Shown: positions 16,488-25,240, numbered from the stretch's first letter. The stretch is DNA of 64,000 nucleotides from Chloroflexota bacterium (GCA_044506615.1 JBIQKJ010000016.1:2704-66703), one strand, 5' to 3'. Translations and numbers: made by a program. Notes: a model not told the origin generated them from the sequence alone.

Positions 16488-16619
16488 CGGTCCTACGCCG
16501 CACGTCCGTCCCGTCCCGCCGGAGGTCGCCATGCCGCAACCCTGCGTCCCGTCCGTGCCGGCCGTCGATCGGCCTCCGGTTGCGGCTGTCCGTCCCACCC
16601 ACTGAACCGAGGTGCTCCA

Positions 16620-17906
16620 GTGAGCGTCGCCGACCTTCCCGCCGCGCCAGCCGCGCCAACGCTCACTGCCAACCGCCCGATCCCGTCGCCCGGCTCGCTC
16701 AACGTCGACTGGGAGGAGCGCTGGAACGTCGATCGGCTCCGCACGTACCGCCTCGGCCGGGCGCGCGCCGCCCTTGCGGCATCCGAGCTCGGTGCAGTGC
16801 TGCTGTTCGACTTCAACAACATCCGCTACACGACCAGCACCCACATCGGCGAGTGGGCGCGCGACAAGATGACCCGCTACGCGCTGCTGACGCGTGGGGG
16901 CGAGCCGCACATCTGGGACTTCGGGTCGGCCGCCAAGCACCACCGGATGAACTGCCCGTGGCTGCCCCAGCAGAACGTGCATGCCGGGATGATCGGGCTG
17001 CGCGGGGCGGTGGCCCCCGAAGCCGGGCTGTTCCGCAACGCCGCCCGCGAGATCGCCCGGATCCTGCGCGACGAGGGCGTCGCCGACATGCCGCTTGGCG
17101 TCGACATCGTCGAGCCGCCGATGATCGCCGCGCTCGAGGCCGAGGGCGTCACGGTCCGCGACGGCCAGCAGGTGATGCTCGACGCGCGCGAGGTCAAGTC
17201 GATCGACGAGATCATCCTCCTCAACACGGCCTGCGCGATGGTCGACGGCGCCTACCAGTACATCGCGGAGCATCTCAAGCCCGGCGTCCGCGAGAGCGAG
17301 CTCGTCGCCGACGTCACGAAGGTCCTGTTCGACCTCGGCTCGGAGCACGTCGACAACATCAACGCGGTGTCGGGCGAGCGCTGCAGCCCGCATCCGCACG
17401 TGTTCAGCGACCGGATCATCCGGCCCGGCGACCAGGCCTTCTTCGACATCATCCACACGTTCGTCGGCTACAAGACCTGCTACTACCGGACGTTCAACGT
17501 CGGCACGGCGAACCAGGCCCAGCGCGACGCCTACAAGCAGGCACGCGAATGGATCGACGCGTCGATCGAGAAGATGCGCCCGGGTGTCGGGACCGACGAG
17601 GTTGCCAAGGTCTGGCCGAAGGCCGAGGAGTTCGGCTTCGCCAACGAGATGGAGTGCTTCGGGCTCCAGTTCGGCCACAGCGTCGGCCTGTTCCTCCACG
17701 AGCGCCCGATCATCAGCCGGCTCAACTCGCTCGACAACCCGGTCGAGATCAAGGAGGGCATGGTCATCGCCCTCGAGACGTACTGCCCGGCCAAGGACGG
17801 CTTCTCGGCGGCGCGGATCGAGGAGGAGGTCGTCGTGACCGCCGACGGTCCGCGGGTCATCACGAAGTTCCCGTCGGACGAGCTGTTCGTCGCCAACGCG
17901 TACTGA
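16620..17906 (+). CDS. M24-family metallohydrolase (creatinase/prolidase/DddP-like pita-bread fold with creatinase-type N-domain)
   Basis: GTG 16620 after GAGGTG. LRTYRLGRARAALAASELGAVLLFDFNNIRYTTS (creatinase_N-like). C-terminal FFDIIHTFVGYKTCYYRTF...GHSVGLFLHERP...ALETY...EEEVVVT supplies M24 metal-ligand-type positions. Confidence 0.75.
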   Translation: MSVADLPAAPAAPTLTANRPIPSPGSLNVDWEERWNVDRLRTYRLGRARAALAASELGAVLLFDFNNIRYTTSTHIGEWARDKMTRYALLTRGGEPHIWDFGSAAKHHRMNCPWLPQQNVHAGMIGLRGAVAPEAGLFRNAAREIARILRDEGVADMPLGVDIVEPPMIAALEAEGVTVRDGQQVMLDAREVKSIDEIILLNTACAMVDGAYQYIAEHLKPGVRESELVADVTKVLFDLGSEHVDNINAVSGERCSPHPHVFSDRIIRPGDQAFFDIIHTFVGYKTCYYRTFNVGTANQAQRDAYKQAREWIDASIEKMRPGVGTDEVAKVWPKAEEFGFANEMECFGLQFGHSVGLFLHERPIISRLNSLDNPVEIKEGMVIALETYCPAKDGFSAARIEEEVVVTADGPRVITKFPSDELFVANAY

Positions 17907-17918
17907 GGTCCCTGTTCC

Positions 17919-18977
17919 ATGGCTGCCGAAGCGAAGACGAAGACCGAAGCGAAGACGAAGACAGACGTCCAGCCCGCCCGCGTCGAGCGCGAGCTCGGCC
18001 TCTCGCTGTACCGCGTGATGCAGGAATGCCGGATGCTCGAGACGCGCGCCCAGGAGCTCTTCTTCGAGGGGCTCGTCCGCGGCACGACCCACCTCGGGAT
18101 CGGGCAGGAGGCCGTCGCGGCGGGGTTCGCGGCCGCGATGCGGACCGACGACTACACGCTGTGCACGTACCGCGGGCACAACCACAACATCGCCCGGGGC
18201 GTGCCGTTCGCACCGATCCTCGCCGAGCTGTTCGGGCGGGCGACCGGGCTGCTCGGCGGCAAGGGCGGCTCGATGCACCTGACGAGCGTCCCGCACGGCG
18301 TGCTCGGGTCGTACGCGATCGTCGGGGCGCACCTGCCGATCGCGCTGGGCGCCGCATGGTCCGCCCAGTACCGCAAGTCGGGCCAGGTCGCGGTCTGCTT
18401 CTTCGGCGACGGGACGACGAACATCGGCGCGTTCCACGAAGCGCTCAACATGGCGGTCGTCTGGAAGGCGCCGGTCGTCTTCGTGTGCGAGAACAACCTG
18501 TACATGGAGTACACGCCGATCTCGGCCGTCACCGCGGTCGAGCGGCCGGCGGCGGACCGGGCCTCGGCCTACGGGCTCGAGCCGATCGTCGTCGACGGGA
18601 ACGACGTCGAGGCGGTGTACGAGACCGCGACGCGGGTCGTCGAGCGGGCACGGAACGGCGACGGGCCGTCGCTCGTCGAGGCCGTCACGTACCGCCACGG
18701 CGGGCACTCCCGCGCGGACCCCGGCAAGTACCGCCCCGACGAGGAGGTCGCAGCGTGGAAGGCGCGCGACCCGATCACGACGTTCCGGGCCCGGCTCGAG
18801 GCGGCGGGCGTCCCGGCCGACGAGCTCGACCGGATCGACGAGGAGACGAAGGCCAAGGTCGCCGCGGCCGAGGCCGAGGCGCGCGCCGCGCCCGAGCCGT
18901 CGCCCGAGGTACTCGAGACGCAGGTGTGGGCCGACGGCGGCTCCGCCTGGCGCAGCGACGGCAAGGGAGGCCGCTGA
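17919..18977 (+). CDS. TPP-dependent 2-oxo acid / acetoin dehydrogenase E1 component, alpha subunit
   Basis: LYRVMQECRMLETRAQELFFEGLVRGTTHLGIGQEA, GGKGGSMHL, CFFGDGTTNIGAFHEALNMAVVWKAPVVFVCENNLY (TPP-binding motif). Confidence 0.9.
   Translation: MAAEAKTKTEAKTKTDVQPARVERELGLSLYRVMQECRMLETRAQELFFEGLVRGTTHLGIGQEAVAAGFAAAMRTDDYTLCTYRGHNHNIARGVPFAPILAELFGRATGLLGGKGGSMHLTSVPHGVLGSYAIVGAHLPIALGAAWSAQYRKSGQVAVCFFGDGTTNIGAFHEALNMAVVWKAPVVFVCENNLYMEYTPISAVTAVERPAADRASAYGLEPIVVDGNDVEAVYETATRVVERARNGDGPSLVEAVTYRHGGHSRADPGKYRPDEEVAAWKARDPITTFRARLEAAGVPADELDRIDEETKAKVAAAEAEARAAPEPSPEVLETQVWADGGSAWRSDGKGGR
17928..17963 (+). repeat. 2 x 18-bp in-frame tandem duplication (AKTKTE/AKTKTD) at E1 alpha N-terminus
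   Basis: gaagcgaagacgaagacc / gaagcgaagacgaagaca read directly. Confidence 0.85.
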
Positions 18978-18978
18978 C

Positions 18979-19965
18979 GTGCCCGAACTCACGTACCGCG
19001 CCGCCATCGCGGCCGGCATCGCCCAGGAGATGGAGCGCGACGATTCGGTCGTGCTGATCGGCGAGGACGTGGGCGCCGCGGGCGGCGTGTTCAAGCTGAC
19101 CGAGGGGCTGTTCGAGAAGTTCGGCCCAGAGCGCGTCCGCGATACGCCGATCAGCGAGCAGGCGATCGTCGGCGCCGTGATGGGCGCCGCGATGACCGGC
19201 CTGCGGCCGATTGGCGAGCTCATGTTCAGCGACTTCTTTGCGGTCACCTGGGACATGGTCGCGAACCAGATCGCGAAGACCCGCTACATGACCGACGGCC
19301 AGGTCGCGCTGCCGCTCGTGCTGCGGACCGCGAACGGCGGCGGCCTGCGCTTCGGCGCCCAGCACAGCCAGAGCATCGAGAACTGGGCGATGGCGATCCC
19401 CGGCCTCAAGGTGGTCGCGCCGTCGAACCCGGCCGACATGGTCGGGCTCATGGCGGCCGCGATCCGCGACCCCGACCCGGTCATCGTGTGCGAGCACAAG
19501 AGCCTGTTCGCCGAGAAGGGCGAGGTGCCCGACGGCGAGCACGTCCTGCCGCTCGGCAAGGCGGCCGTGCTGCGCGAGGGGAGCGACGTCACGATCGTCG
19601 CGCTCGCCGCGATGGTGCCGCGATCGCTGGCCGCGGCGGAGCGTCTCGAGGCGGACCACGGGATCAGCGCCGAGGTCATCGACCTGCGCACGCTCGTCCC
19701 GCTCGACGTGGGCACGATCCTCGCGTCGGTCGAGAAGACGAGCCGGCTCGTCACCGTCGAGGAGAACCCGCGGCTGTGCGGCTGGGGCGCCGAGATCGTC
19801 TCGATCGTCGCCGACGAGGGCTTCTGGAGCCTCGATGCGCCGATCGTGCGGGTCACGACCCCGCACATCCCCTTGCCGTCGGCGGCCACGCTCGAGGACC
19901 TGGCGATGCCGTCGGTCGACCGGATCGTCGAGACCGTCCACCGCCGGCTCGAGGAGGCGAAGTAG
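18979..19965 (+). CDS. TPP-dependent dehydrogenase E1 component, beta subunit
   Basis: GTG 18979, 1 nt after the alpha stop. LTYRAAIAAGIAQEMERDDSVVLIGEDVG..GGVFKLTEGLFEKFGPERVRDTPISE is a canonical E1 beta sequence. Confidence 0.9.
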   Translation: MPELTYRAAIAAGIAQEMERDDSVVLIGEDVGAAGGVFKLTEGLFEKFGPERVRDTPISEQAIVGAVMGAAMTGLRPIGELMFSDFFAVTWDMVANQIAKTRYMTDGQVALPLVLRTANGGGLRFGAQHSQSIENWAMAIPGLKVVAPSNPADMVGLMAAAIRDPDPVIVCEHKSLFAEKGEVPDGEHVLPLGKAAVLREGSDVTIVALAAMVPRSLAAAERLEADHGISAEVIDLRTLVPLDVGTILASVEKTSRLVTVEENPRLCGWGAEIVSIVADEGFWSLDAPIVRVTTPHIPLPSAATLEDLAMPSVDRIVETVHRRLEEAK

Positions 19966-19966
19966 G

Positions 19967-20854
19967 GTGACCCGCGTCGCGGTCCTCGGCACGGGCCACA
20001 TGGGCGGCGCGATGGCGAAGGCGCTCGGCCGTGCCGGCTTCGAGCTCGTGCTCTGGAATCGGACCGCCGAGAAGGCGCGCCCTCTGGCCGACGAGCTCGG
20101 GGCGCGGCTCGCAACATCGGCCGGGGATGCGGTCGGGGACGTCGACGTGGCGATCAGCATGGTCGCGGACGAGGCCGCGGTCGACGCGCTCTACCGCGGG
20201 CCGGGCGGCGTGCTCGAGGGGTTGCGGGATGGGTTGGTCGTCGCCGACATGAGCACGGTCCCGCCGACCGTCGTCCAGGGCCTCGGCCCCGACGTCGCCG
20301 CGCGCGGCGCGGCGCTCCTCGATGCCCCGGTGTCGGGCAGCGTCACGCTCGCCGAGGCGGGCCAGCTCACGATCATGGTCGGCGGCGACGAGGCGGCACT
20401 CGAGCGGGCACGGCCAGTGTTCGACGCGCTCGCCAAGACCGTCGTCCACATCGGGCCCTTGGGCAGCGGTGCCGGGATGAAGCTCGCGGTCAACACCGTC
20501 ATCTTCGGGCTCAACGGCGCGCTCGCAGAGGCGCTCGTCCTGGCCGAACGCGCCGGGATCGATCGCGAGCGCGCCTACGACGTCATCGCTGCGTCGGCGG
20601 TCGGTGCCCCGTTCGTCGGCTACAAGCGAGCGGCCTTCCTCGACCCCGACGGCGCGCCGACGGCCTTCGCGCTCGAGCTCGCGGAAAAGGACCTGCGGCT
20701 CATCTCCGGGTTCGCGGAGCAGCTCGGCGTGCCGATGCCGCAGACTCGCACGAACCTCGAGGTGGTCCGCGCGGCGTCGGCGGACGCCGGACCCGACGCC
20801 GACTTCGCGGCCGTCGCCGTCCACCTGCGCGGCTCGGCCGCGCCGACCAGCTGA
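19967..20854 (+). CDS. NAD(P)-dependent 3-hydroxyisobutyrate/6-phosphogluconate dehydrogenase-like oxidoreductase
   Basis: GTG 19967, 1 nt after the E1 beta stop. VAVLGTGHMGGAMAKALGRAGFELVLWNRT (Rossmann), DAPVSGS, GSGAGMKLAVN. Confidence 0.85.
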   Translation: MTRVAVLGTGHMGGAMAKALGRAGFELVLWNRTAEKARPLADELGARLATSAGDAVGDVDVAISMVADEAAVDALYRGPGGVLEGLRDGLVVADMSTVPPTVVQGLGPDVAARGAALLDAPVSGSVTLAEAGQLTIMVGGDEAALERARPVFDALAKTVVHIGPLGSGAGMKLAVNTVIFGLNGALAEALVLAERAGIDRERAYDVIAASAVGAPFVGYKRAAFLDPDGAPTAFALELAEKDLRLISGFAEQLGVPMPQTRTNLEVVRAASADAGPDADFAAVAVHLRGSAAPTS

Positions 20855-20948
20855 TCGAACGAGGAGGCACAGGAGGAGCGCGACCGGGAGGAGCACCGGA
20901 CCACCCCAGCGACATCGGCGAGAGCAGTGCGAGAAAGGGACCCTTTCC

Positions 20949-22367
20949 GTGACCGATCGGATCCTGATCAAGGGGGCCGTCGTCCTGACCCAGGACGACG
21001 AGCTCGGTGAGATGGTGGACGCGGACGTGCTCATCGAGGGCGACACGATCGCCCAGGTCGGGCACAACCTCGCCGCCGCCGACGCGAAGACGATCGACGC
21101 GACCGGCGACATCGTCATCCCGGGCTTCGTCGACACCCACCGCCACACCTGGGAGACGTCGATCCGGACGTCTGCGCCCGACTACACCCTCGGCGCCTAC
21201 TTCGGCGCGATCCTCGACAAGTTCGCCCCGAACTACCGGCCCGACGACGTGTACGCCGGCAACCTGTGGGGATCGCTCGAGTGCCTCAACGCCGGCATCA
21301 CGACGCTCGTCGACTGGTCCCACATCATGAACACGCCCGAGCACGCGGACGCGGCGGTGAAGGGGCTCCAGGACGCCGGCCTGCGCGCGGTCTTCGCGTT
21401 CGGCTTCCCGAACACGTCGATCCAGGCGTGGTGGTTCGGGATGGACTACGCCGGCAGCACCGAGCGGATCGACGGCGACGAGGCCCGCCGCATCCGGCGC
21501 GACTACCTCCACGACGACGCGGGTCTCATCACGATGGCCCTCGCGACCCGCGGCACGAACTTCTGCAAGCCCGAGGTTGTGCGCTACGAGTGGGAGCTCG
21601 CCAAGGAGCTCGGGATCAACATCACGGTCCACGTCGCGATGGACCGGTTCGGGTACACGAAGATGCAGCTCCGCGGGCTCAAGGAGATGGACCTGCTCTA
21701 CCCGAACACGACCTACATCCACTCGTCGCATCTGCTCGAGGACGAGTGGCACATGGTCGCGGACTCGGGCGGCAACGTGTCGCTGGCCCCGCAGATCGAG
21801 CTCCAGATGGGGCACGGCTGGGCGCCTGCCCAGACCGCGGCGAAGCTCGGGATCCCGGTCGGCCTGTCGTCGGACGTGGCGACCACCGCGTCGTCGGACC
21901 AGTTCACGCAGATGCACGCGATCTTCGCGTCCGAGCGGGCGCGCCGCCACGAGACCGCCTGGAACGAGGACCTCGACGGCACGCTCCCGACGCCCGACCT
22001 GATCGATTCGCGACAGGTGCTGCGCTGGGCGACGATCGAGGGCGCCAAGGTGGCCGGGGTCGCGGACCGGACCGGCTCGATCACGCCCGGCAAGAAGGCC
22101 GACCTCGTGATCATCGACACGAAGGCGGTCAACGTGGCGCCGGTCATCGACCCGGTCGGCGCGGTCGTCTGCGCGGCCGACATCTCGAACGTCCGGACCG
22201 TGCTCGTCGACGGCCGGATCGTGAAGGACGACTTCCGCCTCGTCGCGGACCTGAACGGGCCACGCGCGCTCGTCGAGTCGTCGCGCGACTACCTCGTCTC
22301 GAAGTTCGGTGAGCCCGAGCCGGGCTGGATGCCGCTCCGCTCGGGGGCGGCGCCGGTCGAGGCGTAA
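20949..22367 (+). CDS. Cytosolic amidohydrolase of the cytosine/guanine deaminase-chlorohydrolase (Amidohydro_1) type
   Basis: GTG 20949. ILIKGAVVLTQDDE...DVLIEGDTIAQVG...IVIPGFVDTHRHTWET (HxH metal motif). TVHVA, SDV..., KKADLVIID. No signal peptide. Confidence 0.85.
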   Translation: MTDRILIKGAVVLTQDDELGEMVDADVLIEGDTIAQVGHNLAAADAKTIDATGDIVIPGFVDTHRHTWETSIRTSAPDYTLGAYFGAILDKFAPNYRPDDVYAGNLWGSLECLNAGITTLVDWSHIMNTPEHADAAVKGLQDAGLRAVFAFGFPNTSIQAWWFGMDYAGSTERIDGDEARRIRRDYLHDDAGLITMALATRGTNFCKPEVVRYEWELAKELGINITVHVAMDRFGYTKMQLRGLKEMDLLYPNTTYIHSSHLLEDEWHMVADSGGNVSLAPQIELQMGHGWAPAQTAAKLGIPVGLSSDVATTASSDQFTQMHAIFASERARRHETAWNEDLDGTLPTPDLIDSRQVLRWATIEGAKVAGVADRTGSITPGKKADLVIIDTKAVNVAPVIDPVGAVVCAADISNVRTVLVDGRIVKDDFRLVADLNGPRALVESSRDYLVSKFGEPEPGWMPLRSGAAPVEA

Positions 22368-22393
22368 CGGCTCCATCCATTCGGTTCGCGGCC

Positions 22394-22422
22394 GACGCCG
22401 GCTCCCCGACGGAGCCGGCGTC
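22394..22422 (+). terminator. Hairpin terminator ending the plus-strand catabolic operon
   Basis: GACGCCGGCTCC ccgac GGAGCCGGCGTC: perfect 12-bp stem, 27 nt after the stop at 22367. Confidence 0.6.
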
Positions 22423-22544
22423 GTCGTGTCGTGCCAGGCGTCCTGGCGGTGCGCGCCAGCCGCGTCCCGCGGTCCAGCCTGAAACCTTTCGGCGCCTTCC
22501 CGTCTCGATCGGTGTAGCGACCATTGCGTGCCAGGGAGGGTTTC

Positions 22545-23882
22545 GTGCCGCTCATCGTCCGCCGCCCCCGATTGCTGCCCCGCGCGGGCGCAGTGATCCT
22601 CGCCGCGTTCGCCGTGGCCGCCGTCGCGTCGCCGGCCGCCGCCGCGACCGAGACGGTCCGGATCACCGACCGCCTCAGCCGGCCCGAGCTCACGGTTGCG
22701 CCGGGCACGACGATCCGCTGGGTCAACCGGGACGACGAGCGGCATCGGATGCGGTCGCAGAGCGGGCCGGATCGGTTCGATTCGGGGAACCTCGAGCCGG
22801 GCGAGTCGTTCTCGGTGCGGCTGACCGCGGCAGGCACCTACCGGTATCTCGATGAGCGCGACGACGAGAACCCGCGCTACGCGGGCACGATCGTGGTTCG
22901 GGCCGGCGGCGGGAGCTCGGGCGGAGGCGACGGCTCCGGCTCCGGCGGTGGCGGCGGCACGGGGGCGGGGCCCGGCCCGGCGGCGCCGACGGCCGAGGTC
23001 GGCATGGCCGGACGCGCGTTCGGCCCCTCGACGATCCGTGTCGCAGCCGGCGGTACGGTCACCTTCCGCAACGACGACGACCGGGAGCACACCGTGACCT
23101 CGACGTCGGGCGCGTTCGACAGCGGGATCGTCGGCGAGGGCGCCGCGTGGCGTCAGCGGTTCCCGGACGCGGGCACGTTCCCGTTCCTGTGCGCGCTCCA
23201 TCCCGAGATGACGGGCGAGGTCGTCGTGACCGCCGGGACGGGATCGGCCGAACCGCCCGCGGCGCCGGCGGCCACCCCGGCGCCCGCGTCGAGCCCGACC
23301 TCCACGCCGACGCCGGCCGCGACCGCGACGCCGCCGTCGGGGTCTGGTGCGACCCCGGGGACTGCGGTCATCGAGATGCAGGACTTCCGATTCGGCACGG
23401 CCGAGCTGACGGTCGACGCGGGCACGTCCGTCACGTGGCGGAACGTCGGCGCGGCGCCCCACACCGTGTCCGCCGAGGACGGGACGTTCGACTCCGGCAT
23501 GGTCGCCGCGGGCGGGTCGTTCGACCGAACCTTCGATGCCGCGGGCACGTTCGCGTACGTCTGTGCCTTCCACCCCGAGATGACCGCGACGATCACGGTC
23601 ACACCGGCAGGCGCCGGCGGGGGAGTGACCGGCGGTGCGGCCGGCAGTGCGAGCGGCGGTGCGAGCGGGGCGGAGCGCGAGCCCGAACCCGCGGCGCCCG
23701 AACCCGCGGCGCCCGAACCCGCCGCGCCCCGAGCGGCGGCACCCGAGCCCGCGTCGGCCGCGTCCGCCACGGCCCTCACCGCCGACGCGGTGTTGCGCCT
23801 CGGGCTGGTCGTGCTGCTCGTCGGTGGCGCCGTCGTGCTCTTCATGCGCACGATCAGCGGCGCAGCTCGGCGACCGGCCTGA
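22545..23882 (+). CDS. Membrane-tethered secreted protein with three tandem cupredoxin (plastocyanin-like) domains
   Basis: GTG 22545 after GGGAGGG. Signal peptide. Domains 2 and 3 carry type-1 Cu ligand patterns (EHTV...FLCALHPEM; PHTV...YVCAFHPEM). Domain 1 lacks the Cys. C-terminal hydrophobic anchor LGLVVLLVGGAVVLF. Confidence 0.8.
   Translation: MPLIVRRPRLLPRAGAVILAAFAVAAVASPAAAATETVRITDRLSRPELTVAPGTTIRWVNRDDERHRMRSQSGPDRFDSGNLEPGESFSVRLTAAGTYRYLDERDDENPRYAGTIVVRAGGGSSGGGDGSGSGGGGGTGAGPGPAAPTAEVGMAGRAFGPSTIRVAAGGTVTFRNDDDREHTVTSTSGAFDSGIVGEGAAWRQRFPDAGTFPFLCALHPEMTGEVVVTAGTGSAEPPAAPAATPAPASSPTSTPTPAATATPPSGSGATPGTAVIEMQDFRFGTAELTVDAGTSVTWRNVGAAPHTVSAEDGTFDSGMVAAGGSFDRTFDAAGTFAYVCAFHPEMTATITVTPAGAGGGVTGGAAGSASGGASGAEREPEPAAPEPAAPEPAAPRAAAPEPASAASATALTADAVLRLGLVVLLVGGAVVLFMRTISGAARRPA
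23682..23726 (+). repeat. 3 x 15-bp in-frame tandem repeat (EPAAP) in the cupredoxin stalk
   Basis: cccgaacccgcggcg x2 plus cccgaacccgccgcg read directly. Confidence 0.85.
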
Positions 23883-23945
23883 GCCTCCGAGTCCCGCGCG
23901 CCCTCGAGCGCGGCAGCCGGCAGCCTCCTCCGGCACGATGAGCCG

Positions 23946-24458
23946 ATGCGCATCGCGCTCGTCTCGGACACGCATCTGCCGCGCTTCGGGCGCGTGCTGC
24001 CGCGGGCGCTGCGCAACGGGATCGCCGGCGATCGGATCGACCTCATCCTGCACGCCGGCGACTTCACGGCAGCGTGGGTGCCCGACCTCCTCGAGGCGAT
24101 GGCGCCGCTCGTGGCCGTCGCGGGGAACAACGATCCACCCGAGCTCGTCGAGCGGTTCGGCCGCCGGCAGCTTGTCGAGCTCGACGGCGTGGCCGTCGGG
24201 CTCGTGCACGGCGACCTCGGACCCGGCCGGACCACGCCTGAGCGGGCACGGCGCGCCTTCGAGGCCGGCGTCGCTGTCATCGTCTTCGGTCACAGTCATC
24301 AGCCGCTCATCGCGCGCTCACCCGACGGTTCGCTGCTGATCAACCCCGGGTCACCGACCGACAAGCGCCGCCAGCCCAGGTACTCGTGGGCCGTCCTCGA
24401 GCTCGAGGGGGGCCGTGCCCGCGCCGAGCTGCGCTTCTTCGACGACCGCGCTCCCTGA
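23946..24458 (+). CDS. YfcE/MJ0936-type metallophosphoesterase
   Basis: MRIALVSDTHLP, HAGDF, AGNND, FGHSH, INPGS are the calcineurin-like phosphoesterase motifs in order. Confidence 0.85.
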   Translation: MRIALVSDTHLPRFGRVLPRALRNGIAGDRIDLILHAGDFTAAWVPDLLEAMAPLVAVAGNNDPPELVERFGRRQLVELDGVAVGLVHGDLGPGRTTPERARRAFEAGVAVIVFGHSHQPLIARSPDGSLLINPGSPTDKRRQPRYSWAVLELEGGRARAELRFFDDRAP

Positions 24459-24579
24459 CCGATCGGGCGTTATGCCCGTGGCATCGAACTGCAACGCCGT
24501 CCCCCGTCGGTCTGGGCGACATCGTTGCGTGCCCGGGGCGAGGGTAGACGGCCGAGAACGAATGTCCTGGAGGGCACCC

Positions 24580-25185
24580 ATGCCTCGAATCCGAACCGTG
24601 ATCGCGACGGTCACCCTGGGTCTCGCCGTTGCCGCCTGCGGCGGCGGCGTCCAGGGCGAGACCGGCGCCCCGTCGCTCGCACCCGCGACGTCCGCTGCCT
24701 CGCCCGCCGCGTCCCCCGCGACGTCCCCGGCCACCTCGCCGGCCGCAGCGTCCCCATCCGCCAGCGCGGCCGCCTCGCCGTCGGCGTCCACCGGTGGAGC
24801 CGTGAGCTCGCCGAGCGTCGCCACGCCGCCGGCCGACGCGAGCCCGGGCGCGACGACCGAGGTCCCGTTCGCCCCGGCGGGCAACGATGAGCTCGGCGGG
24901 ACCGCGACGCTCACCGAGTACGGCGCGACCACCCAGGTCGTCGTCGAGTTCAACTCGTTCCAGCTGCCGGCCACGGGCGCTGTCGCACACGTCATGACCG
25001 GCACGTGCGAGACCATCGAGGGTCAGCAGTCGGCCGGTCTGCTCGGCGTCGTCGACGGACGGCTCGAAGGGAACATCTCGATCCCGGCGAACCTGATCCT
25101 CGACCTGCCGCACGCGGTGGTCGTGATGGAGAGCGCGACGGCAACCGAGCCGCTCGTCTGCTTCGACCTCGTCCGGCCGTCCTAG
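24580..25185 (+). CDS. Lipoprotein, possibly a degenerate Cu/Zn-SOD-like beta-sandwich
   Basis: ATG 24580 after GGAGGG. Lipobox LAVAACGGG. Ala/Ser/Pro linker. The C-terminal domain (GGTATLTEYGATTQVVVEF...AHVMTGTCE...AVVVMES) resembles SodC layout, but most His ligands are absent. Fold call is tentative. Confidence 0.6.
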   Translation: MPRIRTVIATVTLGLAVAACGGGVQGETGAPSLAPATSAASPAASPATSPATSPAAASPSASAAASPSASTGGAVSSPSVATPPADASPGATTEVPFAPAGNDELGGTATLTEYGATTQVVVEFNSFQLPATGAVAHVMTGTCETIEGQQSAGLLGVVDGRLEGNISIPANLILDLPHAVVVMESATATEPLVCFDLVRPS

Positions 25186-25213
25186 CGACCGGCGCACCAG
25201 TCCGACGAACATC

Positions 25214-25240
25214 GAAGACCGGGCCCCGAGCCCGGTCTTC
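25214..25240. terminator. Bidirectional hairpin between convergent genes
   Basis: GAAGACCGGGC cccga GCCCGGTCTTC: perfect 11-bp stem between the stops at 25185 (+) and 25243 (-). Confidence 0.6.
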
